Assembly: GCA_001800675.1 (NCBI GenBank)
Contig: MGVW01000005.1
Span: forward strand, 7,493 to 71,492
Source of the DNA: Euryarchaeota archaeon RBG_13_57_23
Lineage (GTDB): Archaea > Thermoplasmatota > Thermoplasmata > UBA10834
DNA: 64,000 nucleotides
Direction of reading: 5' to 3'
Shown: positions 39,036 to 48,070 of the stretch, piece by piece
Layout of the letters: every line of letters starts with the position of its first letter
Numbering within the stretch: the stretch's first letter is position 1
Translations under genes and position numbers: made by a program
The notes under the pieces: generated by a model
Seen by the model: only the letters and a program-made list of their open reading frames with translations
What the model was told of the DNA's origin: nothing
Database searches by the model: none

Positions 39036-39599
39036 ATGTCAGCTCAAGGCTCGAATTGGGGGAATAGCGGTGCCGCGGGCAAGCCAGCGAACTACGTATC
39101 TCCGAAGATCGTCGCGGTGTACGGGGTGCTCACTGCGCTCACAGCGGCCATCACCTACGCATCGTATACTCCATTTTCGCCCACAAAGGGCTACTTCAAT
39201 CTCGGGGACTCGATGGTCTTCTTCTCTGCCCTCGCCTTCGGCTGGAGGGCTGGCGCAATCTGCGGAGGCATCGGCTCGGCCGCGGCGGATATTCTTCTGG
39301 GCTCGGGCATCTATGCCCCAATCACGCTCGTAGCGAAGGGGGCCGAGGGACTCGTAGCTGGAGTCATCGGCCGCATGAAAGGCGGTAAGGCTTGGGCCGT
39401 CGCACTCGGGATCGGCGCTGGCGGAGCATGCATGATAACGACATATTTCCTCGGAGAGTGGCTCCTGCTGGACGTCGGCTTGGGAAAGGCCATAGCTGAG
39501 ATCCCTATCAACATCGCCCAGGTTGTGCTAGGCGGGACCATCGGTGCGCTGCTGTCGTACTACGTCAAGAAGTCGTACCCGTCTCTGACGAAGACCTGA
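39036..39599 (+). CDS. ECF transporter S (substrate-binding) component
   Basis: GYFNLGD, GGIGSA.AD and T...KG.EG; several TM helices. Substrate not determinable. Confidence 0.88.
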   Translation: MSAQGSNWGNSGAAGKPANYVSPKIVAVYGVLTALTAAITYASYTPFSPTKGYFNLGDSMVFFSALAFGWRAGAICGGIGSAAADILLGSGIYAPITLVAKGAEGLVAGVIGRMKGGKAWAVALGIGAGGACMITTYFLGEWLLLDVGLGKAIAEIPINIAQVVLGGTIGALLSYYVKKSYPSLTKT

Positions 39600-39604
39600 G
39601 TTGG

Positions 39605-41086
39605 CTACTTCAGCTTCGAGAGCTCCTTCTCGCCTATCTTGTCCCTAGGCAGTATCCTCTTCATCGAGCCCATCATGTGCATTCCGAAGTTCATCAGGAA
39701 AGCAGGCATCGAGATGCCGTAGCGCGTGCCCGTCTGGACCATCTTCCCGGGGTTCATGATGCCATGAGGGTCGAGGAGATCCTTCATCTTCCGGATCAGC
39801 TCGGCGCCGTTCTTCCCGCGGTACTTGCTGAGGTTGCCCGCGAAGAATATGCCCAGGCCGACCGCGCGGCCGCCGTTGTCCGAGGCGAGGTCACCCAGCC
39901 TCTTCGCGAAGCCCATCGAGGCAGTGGAAGCGACCAGCTTGTGCTCGTCTGTGAGGTAGTAGGGCATGAGCATGACCGTGTTCTGGTCCGCGACTGTGCC
40001 GATCAGGGGAGCCTTCAGCTTGAGGTCCTTGATGAGCTTAGCCGTGCCCTGGAGCACAACGTTCAGCTTGTCCATTGGTACTAGTATTTCTCCCGGAATT
40101 GCGCCAACGCCTAGCTCCCGGACCCTGAACTCATAGTTTCTCTCCTCCCACTCGTGCGTCGCCAGTTCTTGAGGTTCCTTCTTTGCTCCGGCGTTCTTCA
40201 TTATCTCGTCCAGCAGATGCTCCTCCATGTCGACCGAGGCCTTGGACCCGGTCATCATGCAGGTCACGAGGCATCCGACCTGAGGCGCGTGCTTCCCGAT
40301 TGCCCTGAGGTAATCATAGTGCAACTTGTCGCCGAACATGATGTGCATCGGCCGCACTTCAGAGCGGGCCAGCTTCACGAAAGCGGGCTGCATCTTCATG
40401 ACGTCGTCGAACGAGTATGTTAGAGGTCTCATCTCCTCCGGCTTGGGCAGGACTGAGAGGGTGATCTCGGTGATTATTCCAAAGGTGCCCTCGGCGCCGA
40501 TGAATAGCCAGTTCAGATTCGGTCCGCAGCCGTTCTGGGGCACGTACTTGTCGCCTGTGTGTATGACCTCGGTTGTGGGCAGGACGACCTCCATGTCACG
40601 GACGATGTCGCCTGCGGTACCGTACTTGTAGGCACCTATGCCCGTGCCGCCAGTACTGACCCATCCGCCAATCGTTGCGGAGGGTGCGCTGCTCGGGTAG
40701 CATGGCAGAAACAGTCCCTTGGCGTCGAGCGCGTCGGAAAGCGCCTTCCATGTGATTCCTGGTTGCACGCGGGCTATCAGGTTGACAGGGTCGATCTCGA
40801 GTATCTTGTTCATCGCGGTCATGTCGAGGACGCGGCCGCCCTTCACCGGCACGGAGCCCCCCAGGCCCCATGTGCCCGCGCCTCTGGGCACCAGAGCCAC
40901 TTTGGTCGAGATCGCCTTCGTTACCAGCTGCACGACGTCCTGTGTGTACTGCGGCCTGTCGACGTGATCAGGCATGGTCTTGAAAATCAGGTCCATCTCC
41001 TTCGGGAGTGGAGCGAGGTCGTGGCTGTACAGTCTCCTTTCCATCTTGTCGTCTGTGGTCTCCATCTTGAACACCTGCCGTGGCAC
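39605..41086 (-). CDS. FAD-binding oxidoreductase, GlcD/D-lactate dehydrogenase-like
   Basis: PRGAGT, PSS...ATIGG, GAEGTFGIIT, DPHGIMNPGK. Start GTG 41086 or ATG 41065. Confidence 0.88.
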   Translation of the reverse strand: MPRQVFKMETTDDKMERRLYSHDLAPLPKEMDLIFKTMPDHVDRPQYTQDVVQLVTKAISTKVALVPRGAGTWGLGGSVPVKGGRVLDMTAMNKILEIDPVNLIARVQPGITWKALSDALDAKGLFLPCYPSSAPSATIGGWVSTGGTGIGAYKYGTAGDIVRDMEVVLPTTEVIHTGDKYVPQNGCGPNLNWLFIGAEGTFGIITEITLSVLPKPEEMRPLTYSFDDVMKMQPAFVKLARSEVRPMHIMFGDKLHYDYLRAIGKHAPQVGCLVTCMMTGSKASVDMEEHLLDEIMKNAGAKKEPQELATHEWEERNYEFRVRELGVGAIPGEILVPMDKLNVVLQGTAKLIKDLKLKAPLIGTVADQNTVMLMPYYLTDEHKLVASTASMGFAKRLGDLASDNGGRAVGLGIFFAGNLSKYRGKNGAELIRKMKDLLDPHGIMNPGKMVQTGTRYGISMPAFLMNFGMHMMGSMKRILPRDKIGEKELSKLK

Positions 41087-41292
41087 GATGTGTGTGAGGC
41101 CGGAGAGCCTCCCCCGCGGATGGTAACCTCTGCACCCAATTAAATCCTTACGTCATAACACCGACAAGGGCCCTGTGAACAGCGCCAGGATTCGTCGTCG
41201 CGCCTCGGGTTCACATCGAAACGTTCTTATCGGTGGGGGGAGTGAACAGTACCTCGCTTTAGACGAATTCTCGTCAGAAGAGGGGGCGGAAA

Positions 41293-42162
41293 ATGCAGAC
41301 CACACTCAGATTGTTGGCGCTCTTCGGCGCGCTAATAGGGCTCTTCATGGTAATCGGTTGGGTAATCGGAGGCCTGCTCTTCGAAGATTGGATAACAGGC
41401 ACGATAATCTTCGCTGCGCTGGCGGCGGTGATCAATTTCGTGAGCTACTTCTACAGCCACAAGATTGTGATGTGGTCGTACAAGGCGAGAGTCGTCACGC
41501 AGGCCGAGGCACCGAGGCTGTACAATGTGGTTAACAAGGTCTGCCTGAAGGCCAACATGCCTATGCCAAAGATCGCTATCGTCCCGACGCAGACCCCCAA
41601 CGCGTTTGCTACTGGCCGGAACGAGAAGACTGCGGTGGTCGCCGCCACCGAGGGCCTGCTCTCGATGCTGACGGATGATGAGTTGGAGGGAGTCCTAGCG
41701 CACGAGATGGCTCACATCAAGGACAAGGACATGCTCCTGATGACCGTCGCGGCAACGATAGCTGGTGCGATATCCATCGCCGCTCGAATGGCGTGGTTCG
41801 GATCAATGGGCAGCAGAAGGGGCAACGGGAATGCCATCCTCTTGCTGGTCGTAGCTATCACGGTCCCCATCGCGGCGCTGCTGATCAGGCTGGCGATCTC
41901 AAGGAATCGGGAGTACAAGGCCGACAGAGAGGGCGCGATCATGATTCAGAGGCCCTTGGCGCTCGCGCGCGCCCTCGAGAAGCTTGAAGAGGGCAACAGG
42001 CGGAGGCCACTCGCACATGGTAGCCCGGCTTCTGCATCGCTGTTCATAGTCAACCCGTTCAGAGGGAGCGGGCTGATGACTGTCTTCATGACCCACCCAC
42101 CGATGGCGACCCGCGTCAGAAAGCTGGAGCAGCTGGCCGATGAGACCGGGTTCATAGGATGA
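41293..42162 (+). CDS. htpX: Zinc metalloprotease HtpX (M48)
   Basis: PNAFATGR, HEMAH, SRNREYKAD, THPP. Confidence 0.95.
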   Translation: MQTTLRLLALFGALIGLFMVIGWVIGGLLFEDWITGTIIFAALAAVINFVSYFYSHKIVMWSYKARVVTQAEAPRLYNVVNKVCLKANMPMPKIAIVPTQTPNAFATGRNEKTAVVAATEGLLSMLTDDELEGVLAHEMAHIKDKDMLLMTVAATIAGAISIAARMAWFGSMGSRRGNGNAILLLVVAITVPIAALLIRLAISRNREYKADREGAIMIQRPLALARALEKLEEGNRRRPLAHGSPASASLFIVNPFRGSGLMTVFMTHPPMATRVRKLEQLADETGFIG

Positions 42163-42195
42163 CTTCAGAAACCTCTTCCGCTCTTCCTTCAATCC

Positions 42196-42738
42196 TCATA
42201 GATTCTTGACCATCAGCACGTCATCGTGGTATTCCTTGCCTTCTTTGTTCGCCCTCGGGACGCGACCCACTTCGACGAACCCGAATCTCCTATAGAGCGC
42301 CAGCGCCTTCTCGTTGTAGGCAAATGCCTTGATGTGGAGCATCTCAAGGCCACGCATGCGTTTGCGCGCCAGCTCGATGGTTTTCGTCATCAGCGTCTCT
42401 CCCACCCCTTTTCCGCGGATCTCGCGACTGAGGGCGATGCCGAGGTTCGCCACGTGCGAGCTCTTCCAAGGCAGGCGGTTGATATCGCAGTTGCCCATGA
42501 TCTCCCCGTCCACATCGACGAGGAGCATCACTCCCTTCCTCTTGCGGATATCCGCTAGCACTCCTCTCAGCCATGCCTTCTCCTCATCTAGACCAACTCT
42601 TTCGTTTATGAGAATGCCAGACCTCTTCTCCGTCACGAAAGCGTTTATGAACTTCATGAGCTGCGCTGCGTCCCTCGGGCTCGGCTCCCTGAAAAGAACA
42701 TGCGTGCCATCTCTCGCAGTGAATCTGAAAGCGACCAC
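42196..42738 (-). CDS. GNAT family N-acetyltransferase
   Basis: RGKGVG motif A and N..A..LY..FGF motif B; start GTG 42738 inferred. Confidence 0.88.
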   Translation of the reverse strand: MVAFRFTARDGTHVLFREPSPRDAAQLMKFINAFVTEKRSGILINERVGLDEEKAWLRGVLADIRKRKGVMLLVDVDGEIMGNCDINRLPWKSSHVANLGIALSREIRGKGVGETLMTKTIELARKRMRGLEMLHIKAFAYNEKALALYRRFGFVEVGRVPRANKEGKEYHDDVLMVKNL

Positions 42739-42784
42739 GCCCCAGAAAAATGCTAGTAGGTGAAGAAGTTTGCGCAAGGCCGCG

Positions 42785-44077
42785 CTAGCCGACCTTCTCC
42801 CATTTCTCTAGTTTCATGACGCTCGACAGAGTGCCGCCTTTCTTGATCTCCTCTCGCAGTCTGTTCTCTCGCTCCAGGACGTCCAAGGCCCTGTTCGCGA
42901 CCTCGACCGCGCTCTCCTGGGAGACAACCACGACCCCGCTCTCGTCGCCGATAATCCAGTCGCCCGACATGACCGTGATGCCGCCGCAGACTATCTCGTG
43001 GCCTATCCCGCCGTAACCCTTCGGCTCTCCTGCGTTCGATGCGATGTGTCTCGAGAAGCACGGGAAGCCCAGCTCGATGATGGAGTCGATGTCCCGGGCC
43101 GCCCCGTCGATGACGACCCCAGCCACTCTCTTGGTCTTGCAGCTCCATGATGCTAGCTCGCCCCAGACCGCGATATCGCCGCCGCAGGCGTCGATGACTA
43201 TCACGTCTCCTGGCTTCGCTCTGTCGATGGCCTCGACGGGTTTTGCCCAGTCTCCGTTGATGGTGTGTACCGTGAGTGCCTTCCCGACCATCTTCACACC
43301 GTGAGCAATCCTGGGATGGATGCCCTTCATCGCCCCCTTCTTGTGCTGGGCGTCCGCGACATTTGGGGAAGATACCTTTGAGAACGCGATGAACAAGTCT
43401 TTCTCGGAGTATTTCTTGAACAGCTCCGACCTGACCTTCTTGCGGCTCGTGATGGCCTTCTTCACGTTCCTTGCGGCCTTCGCAACGTCTTTGGCCTTGA
43501 TGATGGCGCCTCCGACGATTATGATAGAAGCCCCTGCCCGGAGAACATCTGGAGCTGTCTCGCTGTTTATCCCGCCAGCCGCCGCGATCGGTATCCCGAC
43601 GGCGTCTACAAGCCCCTTGAGTTCGGACAGAGGCGTGCCTCCGACCATCTGCTCGTCGACCCCGACATGTATGCAGATGTAGTCTGCACCCATCTTCTCG
43701 ATCTCCTTTGCTCGCGCCGCCTTGTCTCTCACGTTGAAGAGATCGACCATGACCTTGGAGCCGTACTGCCGCGCGCTGAGTACCGCTTCAGTTATCGTGG
43801 GGTCTGAGGATATTCCCAATATTACAACGACATCTGCCCCGGACTTGGCTGCCATCTCGACCTCCGCACCACCAACATCGATGGTCTTCATGTCCGCAAC
43901 GATTGTGTGGGTCGGAAATGTCTTCTTGAGTAGCCTGACTATCTCCATTCCCTCGCTCTTGATCAAGGGCGTGCCGGCCTCTATCCAGTCAACTCCTCCT
44001 TTGACTGCGTCTCTGGCAATCTCGATTGCGCGGTCCCCGTGGACGAGGTCGAGTGCTACCTGCAGGACGGGCTTCAT
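42785..44077 (-). CDS. 3-hexulose-6-phosphate synthase domain fused to an RraA/MenG-like domain
   Basis: LQVALD, EAGTPLIK, ADMKT.D, HVGVDEQ; C-terminal AVWGELAS, DGAARD, GDESGVVV. Confidence 0.9.
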   Translation of the reverse strand: MKPVLQVALDLVHGDRAIEIARDAVKGGVDWIEAGTPLIKSEGMEIVRLLKKTFPTHTIVADMKTIDVGGAEVEMAAKSGADVVVILGISSDPTITEAVLSARQYGSKVMVDLFNVRDKAARAKEIEKMGADYICIHVGVDEQMVGGTPLSELKGLVDAVGIPIAAAGGINSETAPDVLRAGASIIIVGGAIIKAKDVAKAARNVKKAITSRKKVRSELFKKYSEKDLFIAFSKVSSPNVADAQHKKGAMKGIHPRIAHGVKMVGKALTVHTINGDWAKPVEAIDRAKPGDVIVIDACGGDIAVWGELASWSCKTKRVAGVVIDGAARDIDSIIELGFPCFSRHIASNAGEPKGYGGIGHEIVCGGITVMSGDWIIGDESGVVVVSQESAVEVANRALDVLERENRLREEIKKGGTLSSVMKLEKWEKVG

Positions 44078-44200
44078 CTTCGTTAAGACCTCTGTGCACC
44101 GATAAAAACGTGTCGCACATGCTCACTGACCTGTGCAGACGGTGTCTGCATTTCAGCGTAAGAAACTCTAATATCGGTTCCACTGCATACTCGAAGAGCG

Positions 44201-44950
44201 ATGGCAACCAAGATTGCCGAGAGGGACCGCTGCGTCACGGGCGTCGAGGGCCTCGACACCATCCTCTATGGCGGGATTCCCCGGTCCAACACAGTCCTCC
44301 TGACTGGCAGCTGCGGTACTGGGAAGACATCTCTGGCGCTCGAGTTCCTGATGCACGGGGCCGTCAAGGGCGAGAACTCTCTGTTCGTGAGCGTCACCGA
44401 GAATTCAGAGAAGCTGTTGCAGAACATCATACCATACAAGTTCTTCGACAAGAGCCTCATCAAGTCCGGCCGGCTCGTTTTCGTGGATATGCCTGTGATG
44501 TATGAGCGCCTCGGCCTCACGAAGGCCGAGCTGAGCATGGAGGAGATCGAGCTGCTGGTCAACTCGCTCGCGAGCCTGGCCAAGGAGCTCCAGGCCAAGC
44601 GTCTGGTGATGGACTCCATCACATCGGTCTGCTACAAGCTGAAGACTTCGGAGAAGATCAGGGATTTCATCCTGAAGCTGTCCAAGGCCTTGTCAGACCT
44701 CGGGTGCACTTCGATACTGGTGGGAGAAGTGACCGCCGATTCCACTTCATACTCCACATTCGGGGTAGAAGAGGCCATCGCAGATGGCATCATACTCATG
44801 GCGAACATGGAGAGGCGCGGGGACCTCCTCCGGACGCTCCAAGTGATAAAGATGCGTGGCACGATGCACTCTCGGGCCAAGTACGTGCTAGACCTCACGC
44901 CGGTTGGTGTTCTCTTGGTTCCGCTCCTGAAAGGAGGTAGCACAGGATGA
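44201..44950 (+). CDS. KaiC/RAD55-family ATPase (intact Walker motifs)
   Basis: TGVEGLD...GGIP, GSCGTGKT, LVMDS, FGVEEAIADGII, VIKMRGT. Confidence 0.9.
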   Translation: MATKIAERDRCVTGVEGLDTILYGGIPRSNTVLLTGSCGTGKTSLALEFLMHGAVKGENSLFVSVTENSEKLLQNIIPYKFFDKSLIKSGRLVFVDMPVMYERLGLTKAELSMEEIELLVNSLASLAKELQAKRLVMDSITSVCYKLKTSEKIRDFILKLSKALSDLGCTSILVGEVTADSTSYSTFGVEEAIADGIILMANMERRGDLLRTLQVIKMRGTMHSRAKYVLDLTPVGVLLVPLLKGGSTG

Positions 44951-45540
44951 GCCCGGAGATGGTGAGCGCCCAGCAGATCGCCTCGGAATTGAACGAGACG
45001 CCACCCTCGTCCGCCATATCGCTTCAGATGAGTGTGGACAACTACCTGGATGTTATCCGCGGAGTCGTCGACCTGTTCGCGAACAAGAAGCAGATGGACA
45101 CGATCTATGTCGCCGCGACGATCTCATCGGACGCGATCAAGCGGGTGCTCCAGGCGCTGGACATCGACGACTCGCGAGTGTACTTCGTGGACTGCATCTC
45201 GCACATCATGATGGGCGCGACCGCAACTCAACAGGACGAGCAGACGACGTTGGTCGAGAGCCCGACGATGCTCGAGAACATCATGCTGAAGGTCGAGTAC
45301 CTCATCCGCAGGTCGCAGTCGAAGGACAAGCTGGTCGTCATAGACTCCATCAATTCGCTGGCAATCCACAACAACAACTGGATCCTGTCCGAGTTCCTGC
45401 ACGTTCTGGTCTCCGGGCTGAGGTCCAGGGATGCGTACACCGTCATACTCACCGTGGAGGAGCACTCGACCCCAGAGCTGAACAACATGGTGAGCCTCGT
45501 GTGCGACCACGGCATACACGCGGGCAAGAAGGAGGGATGA
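44947..45540 (+). CDS. Inactive RecA/KaiC-like domain protein
   Basis: YFVDCIS, VESPT.LE and VVIDSINSL; no Walker A; ATGA overlaps on both sides. Confidence 0.75.
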   Translation: MSPEMVSAQQIASELNETPPSSAISLQMSVDNYLDVIRGVVDLFANKKQMDTIYVAATISSDAIKRVLQALDIDDSRVYFVDCISHIMMGATATQQDEQTTLVESPTMLENIMLKVEYLIRRSQSKDKLVVIDSINSLAIHNNNWILSEFLHVLVSGLRSRDAYTVILTVEEHSTPELNNMVSLVCDHGIHAGKKEG

Positions 45541-46277
45541 TGATGAGCTTTACCAGCATCGGGATACCAGCTCTTGACGAACACCTAGGAGGAGGGATAC
45601 AGAAGGGCTCCACGGTACTGGTCATGGGCAGCCCGGGCTCGGGCACGGAGTTCTTCGCGAAACAGTTCGCCTCGACTGGTCGGGAGGCCGTGACATACTT
45701 CACATCGACCGAGCGGGATGAGGATGTCCTGTCGGTCATGCGCGAGTACGGGTGGAGAACGGACATGAAGATAATCAACGTGGGCACGAAGTATTACGAG
45801 CGCGTGCTCGCGAAGAAGCTCGAGATCAGCAGGTTCAGGCAGGAGGGGATCACCCTCGGGGATATCAGGAAATTCAAGGAGGCGGACGCCGCGAAGGAGG
45901 AGAACTTCCTGACGTTCCTCGCGTACGAGATCTCGAAACTCAGCCCGCCGTTCCGGGTCGTCATCAATTCCTTGGACTTCTTCCTCGAGAACTACGAGAG
46001 CTCCGAAGTGCTCATGGCTATGCGGACGATCAAGGCGCACACGCAGCACTCAGAGAGCGTGACGCTCATGACGATGCTCAAGGGAGTGCACGATTCCCGC
46101 ATTCAGAGCAGCATTGAGGATTTATCAGATGTGATAATAGAGTTGGACCGCGATAAGGTCGGCCACGAGTTCAAGAAGTACATCATTGTCCAAAAAGTGA
46201 GGAACAAGCCCTCACAGGTGGGCATCATACCGGCGGTCTACGACAGGACGGGGATTCGGCCTGCACAGGTAACTTAG
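45537..46277 (+). CDS. KaiC/RAD55-family protein with degenerate Walker motifs
   Basis: IGIPALDEHLGGG; Walker A GSPGSGTE lacks the Lys; Walker B is VVINS; VQKVRN. Confidence 0.85.
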   Translation: MMMSFTSIGIPALDEHLGGGIQKGSTVLVMGSPGSGTEFFAKQFASTGREAVTYFTSTERDEDVLSVMREYGWRTDMKIINVGTKYYERVLAKKLEISRFRQEGITLGDIRKFKEADAAKEENFLTFLAYEISKLSPPFRVVINSLDFFLENYESSEVLMAMRTIKAHTQHSESVTLMTMLKGVHDSRIQSSIEDLSDVIIELDRDKVGHEFKKYIIVQKVRNKPSQVGIIPAVYDRTGIRPAQVT

Positions 46278-46438
46278 GTCAGTAGTCGCTTTTCCGGGAA
46301 TTGTTGTCGTTTCTTGCCGAAGTGTCTCTTGAACAAGAAGACTACGTCTTCTTGCTCTGGCCAGCAAATGCGACATAGCCAGATGCATCGCTTCGACAAT
46401 CGGCGAAATGGTTAACACTCAATTCTGATAATCGGCCG

Positions 46439-46503
46439 AAAAGGTATATAAACTCAGCTCGGGCGTATTACAGTCCAAGCGGGCCGAAAGGTCCGCAGGA
46501 GGA
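46439..46503 (+). promoter_or_regulatory. Pilin promoter (BRE/TATA), 5'-UTR GNRA hairpin and SD
   Basis: AAAAGG-TATATAAA; GCGGGCC-GAAA-GGTCCGC (46479-46496); AGGAGG. Confidence 0.75.
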
Positions 46504-46510
46504 CTAAACA

Positions 46511-47041
46511 ATGAAGAAGATTTGGGCAATCCGAAAGGATGCCGAGGCGGTGTCCCCCGTCATTGCGACCATCCTGATGGTCGCGATCACCGTCGTTCTA
46601 GCGGCCGTGCTATATGTCATGGTCCTGGGCTTCGGAGGGACATCGACGACGACCCCAGCCGCGACTTATTCGAAGATGACCGCAACCAACGGTCAGAGGA
46701 TCAACATCGTGTCAATAACGAAGACAGATGTCCCGTGGGATGACATAAAGGTGCAGCTGTCTGACGGAACCAACTTCGCTGAGTGGGATACTGCCACAAC
46801 GGACTTGGACGGCGGATCTGCGCTCACGCACAACTACACAACCGACACCCTGGGTACACTGACAGTGTGTCTCCTCGTGACCGATATAGGTGGCAATGGA
46901 TTCGTGAGTGGCACTGACTACTTCGTCGTGTACACCTACGGTGGCGCAACCGGCTTCGTAGCTGGCACAACCTACAGTGCAGCGCTGGTTTACACGGTCA
47001 CTGGCGAAAAGATTGGCACGGGTCAGACCTTCACGACCTAG
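46511..47041 (+). CDS. Archaeal type IV pilin (DUF1628/Pilin_N)
   Basis: Class III signal peptide ...RKDAEA/VSPVIATILMVAITVVLAAVLYVMV; Thr/Gly-rich beta-sandwich body. Confidence 0.92.
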   Translation: MKKIWAIRKDAEAVSPVIATILMVAITVVLAAVLYVMVLGFGGTSTTTPAATYSKMTATNGQRINIVSITKTDVPWDDIKVQLSDGTNFAEWDTATTDLDGGSALTHNYTTDTLGTLTVCLLVTDIGGNGFVSGTDYFVVYTYGGATGFVAGTTYSAALVYTVTGEKIGTGQTFTT

Positions 47042-47042
47042 A

Positions 47043-47100
47043 CCAATTGTTGCAACCAGCGGTTGGACTGAGCACAAACCCTTTCCTTCACTTTTCATTC
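47043..47100 (+). terminator. Hairpin plus AAACCC/pyrimidine tract after the pilin
   Basis: CCAATTGTTG-caac-CAGCGGTTGG (10 bp with G-U pairs), then AAACCCTTTCCTTCACTTTTC. Confidence 0.65.
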
Positions 47101-47183
47101 TCTGATGCTGGCGGAAGCCACGTCCTTTTCGCTAGTGCCCTTCGAGGGAAAGTGATATCACCGCCCAAGTGATGGCTCTCTCG

Positions 47184-47420
47184 ATGAACGGCAGCGACGG
47201 TCCGCTGGCGATGAACGGCGAAGAGGCCGAGAAGTTCGTGATATCCCTGCTGAGGGAGAGGGGGCCGCTCTCGACCATGCAGATCGAGCGGCTCGCTCGG
47301 AAGGAGCACAAGCGTTGCCCCGACCAGACGGTCATCTTTCTCACGAAGATGAAGCGAAAAGGCCTCATAAAGGGGGAGGCCTCTCTCGAGAAGAGGGGTT
47401 GGCTCTGGTGGGCCGCCTGA
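47184..47420 (+). CDS. Small winged-helix-like hypothetical protein
   Basis: LRERGPLSTMQIE...CPD...FL.KM..KGLI.G; start 47184 or 47211. Confidence 0.65.
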   Translation: MNGSDGPLAMNGEEAEKFVISLLRERGPLSTMQIERLARKEHKRCPDQTVIFLTKMKRKGLIKGEASLEKRGWLWWAA

Positions 47421-47432
47421 GCAGAACCTATG

Positions 47433-47855
47433 TCAGTACAGCATCACCGAGGTCTTCGCCAACTGGTCCGACCACTTCTGTCTGGGGTCCTGTGTGTCTA
47501 TCGCCATGCCGATGATCCAGTCGAGGAGCAGGAGCGGCCAGAATATCTTGGAGATGTTCCTGAGCAAGGCCTGGGCTATGTCAAGCTTCCCCGAGAGCGC
47601 GACAACCTTGAGCCTCATCAGCATCTTGCCTACCGTGCCGCCGATGACGTACTCGAAGAACGCGCAATAGAGGAAGAACGCGGCTCCAGGAATCCCTATG
47701 AACATGAAGGAAAACCAAGCGATGCTCAGCACGCTGAAGAATACCATGAAGGGGATCCATATGACCAGCCAGTCGATGACTATGGCTACGAAGCGCCTCA
47801 GCCAGTGCTCCTGGAGTGCCTTGTCCTTGCTAAGGTAATCAAACCCTGTTACCAT
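47433..47855 (-). CDS. RDD family membrane protein
   Basis: RRFVAIVID, GTVGKMLMRLKVV, LLRN, Q...D.LAKT.V. Confidence 0.88.
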   Translation of the reverse strand: MVTGFDYLSKDKALQEHWLRRFVAIVIDWLVIWIPFMVFFSVLSIAWFSFMFIGIPGAAFFLYCAFFEYVIGGTVGKMLMRLKVVALSGKLDIAQALLRNISKIFWPLLLLDWIIGMAIDTQDPRQKWSDQLAKTSVMLY

Positions 47856-48070
47856 GGTTCTACGACTCCGATGTCTCTCGGATGCCTCGCGCCTCTATAT
47901 TACTTTCTGGGGCAGCGGCCACTCAGATCGCCCGTCTTTCATCACAGGTCAGCAGGAATGTTCTCTTCACGGTGGCGGACGCATATCTACGCTTTACCTT
48001 AAGAATAGTGAGGCCAGATTCGCGTGTTCCTCCCCTATTCCTATATACTGGCTCGGCCACTCTTGTGCCG

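Noticed and set aside
47182-47219. Direct repeat CGATGAACGGC twice at the start of the small wHTH gene
   Set aside because: Only 11 bp, two copies, in coding frame (MNG...MNG); no sign of a target-site duplication or array.
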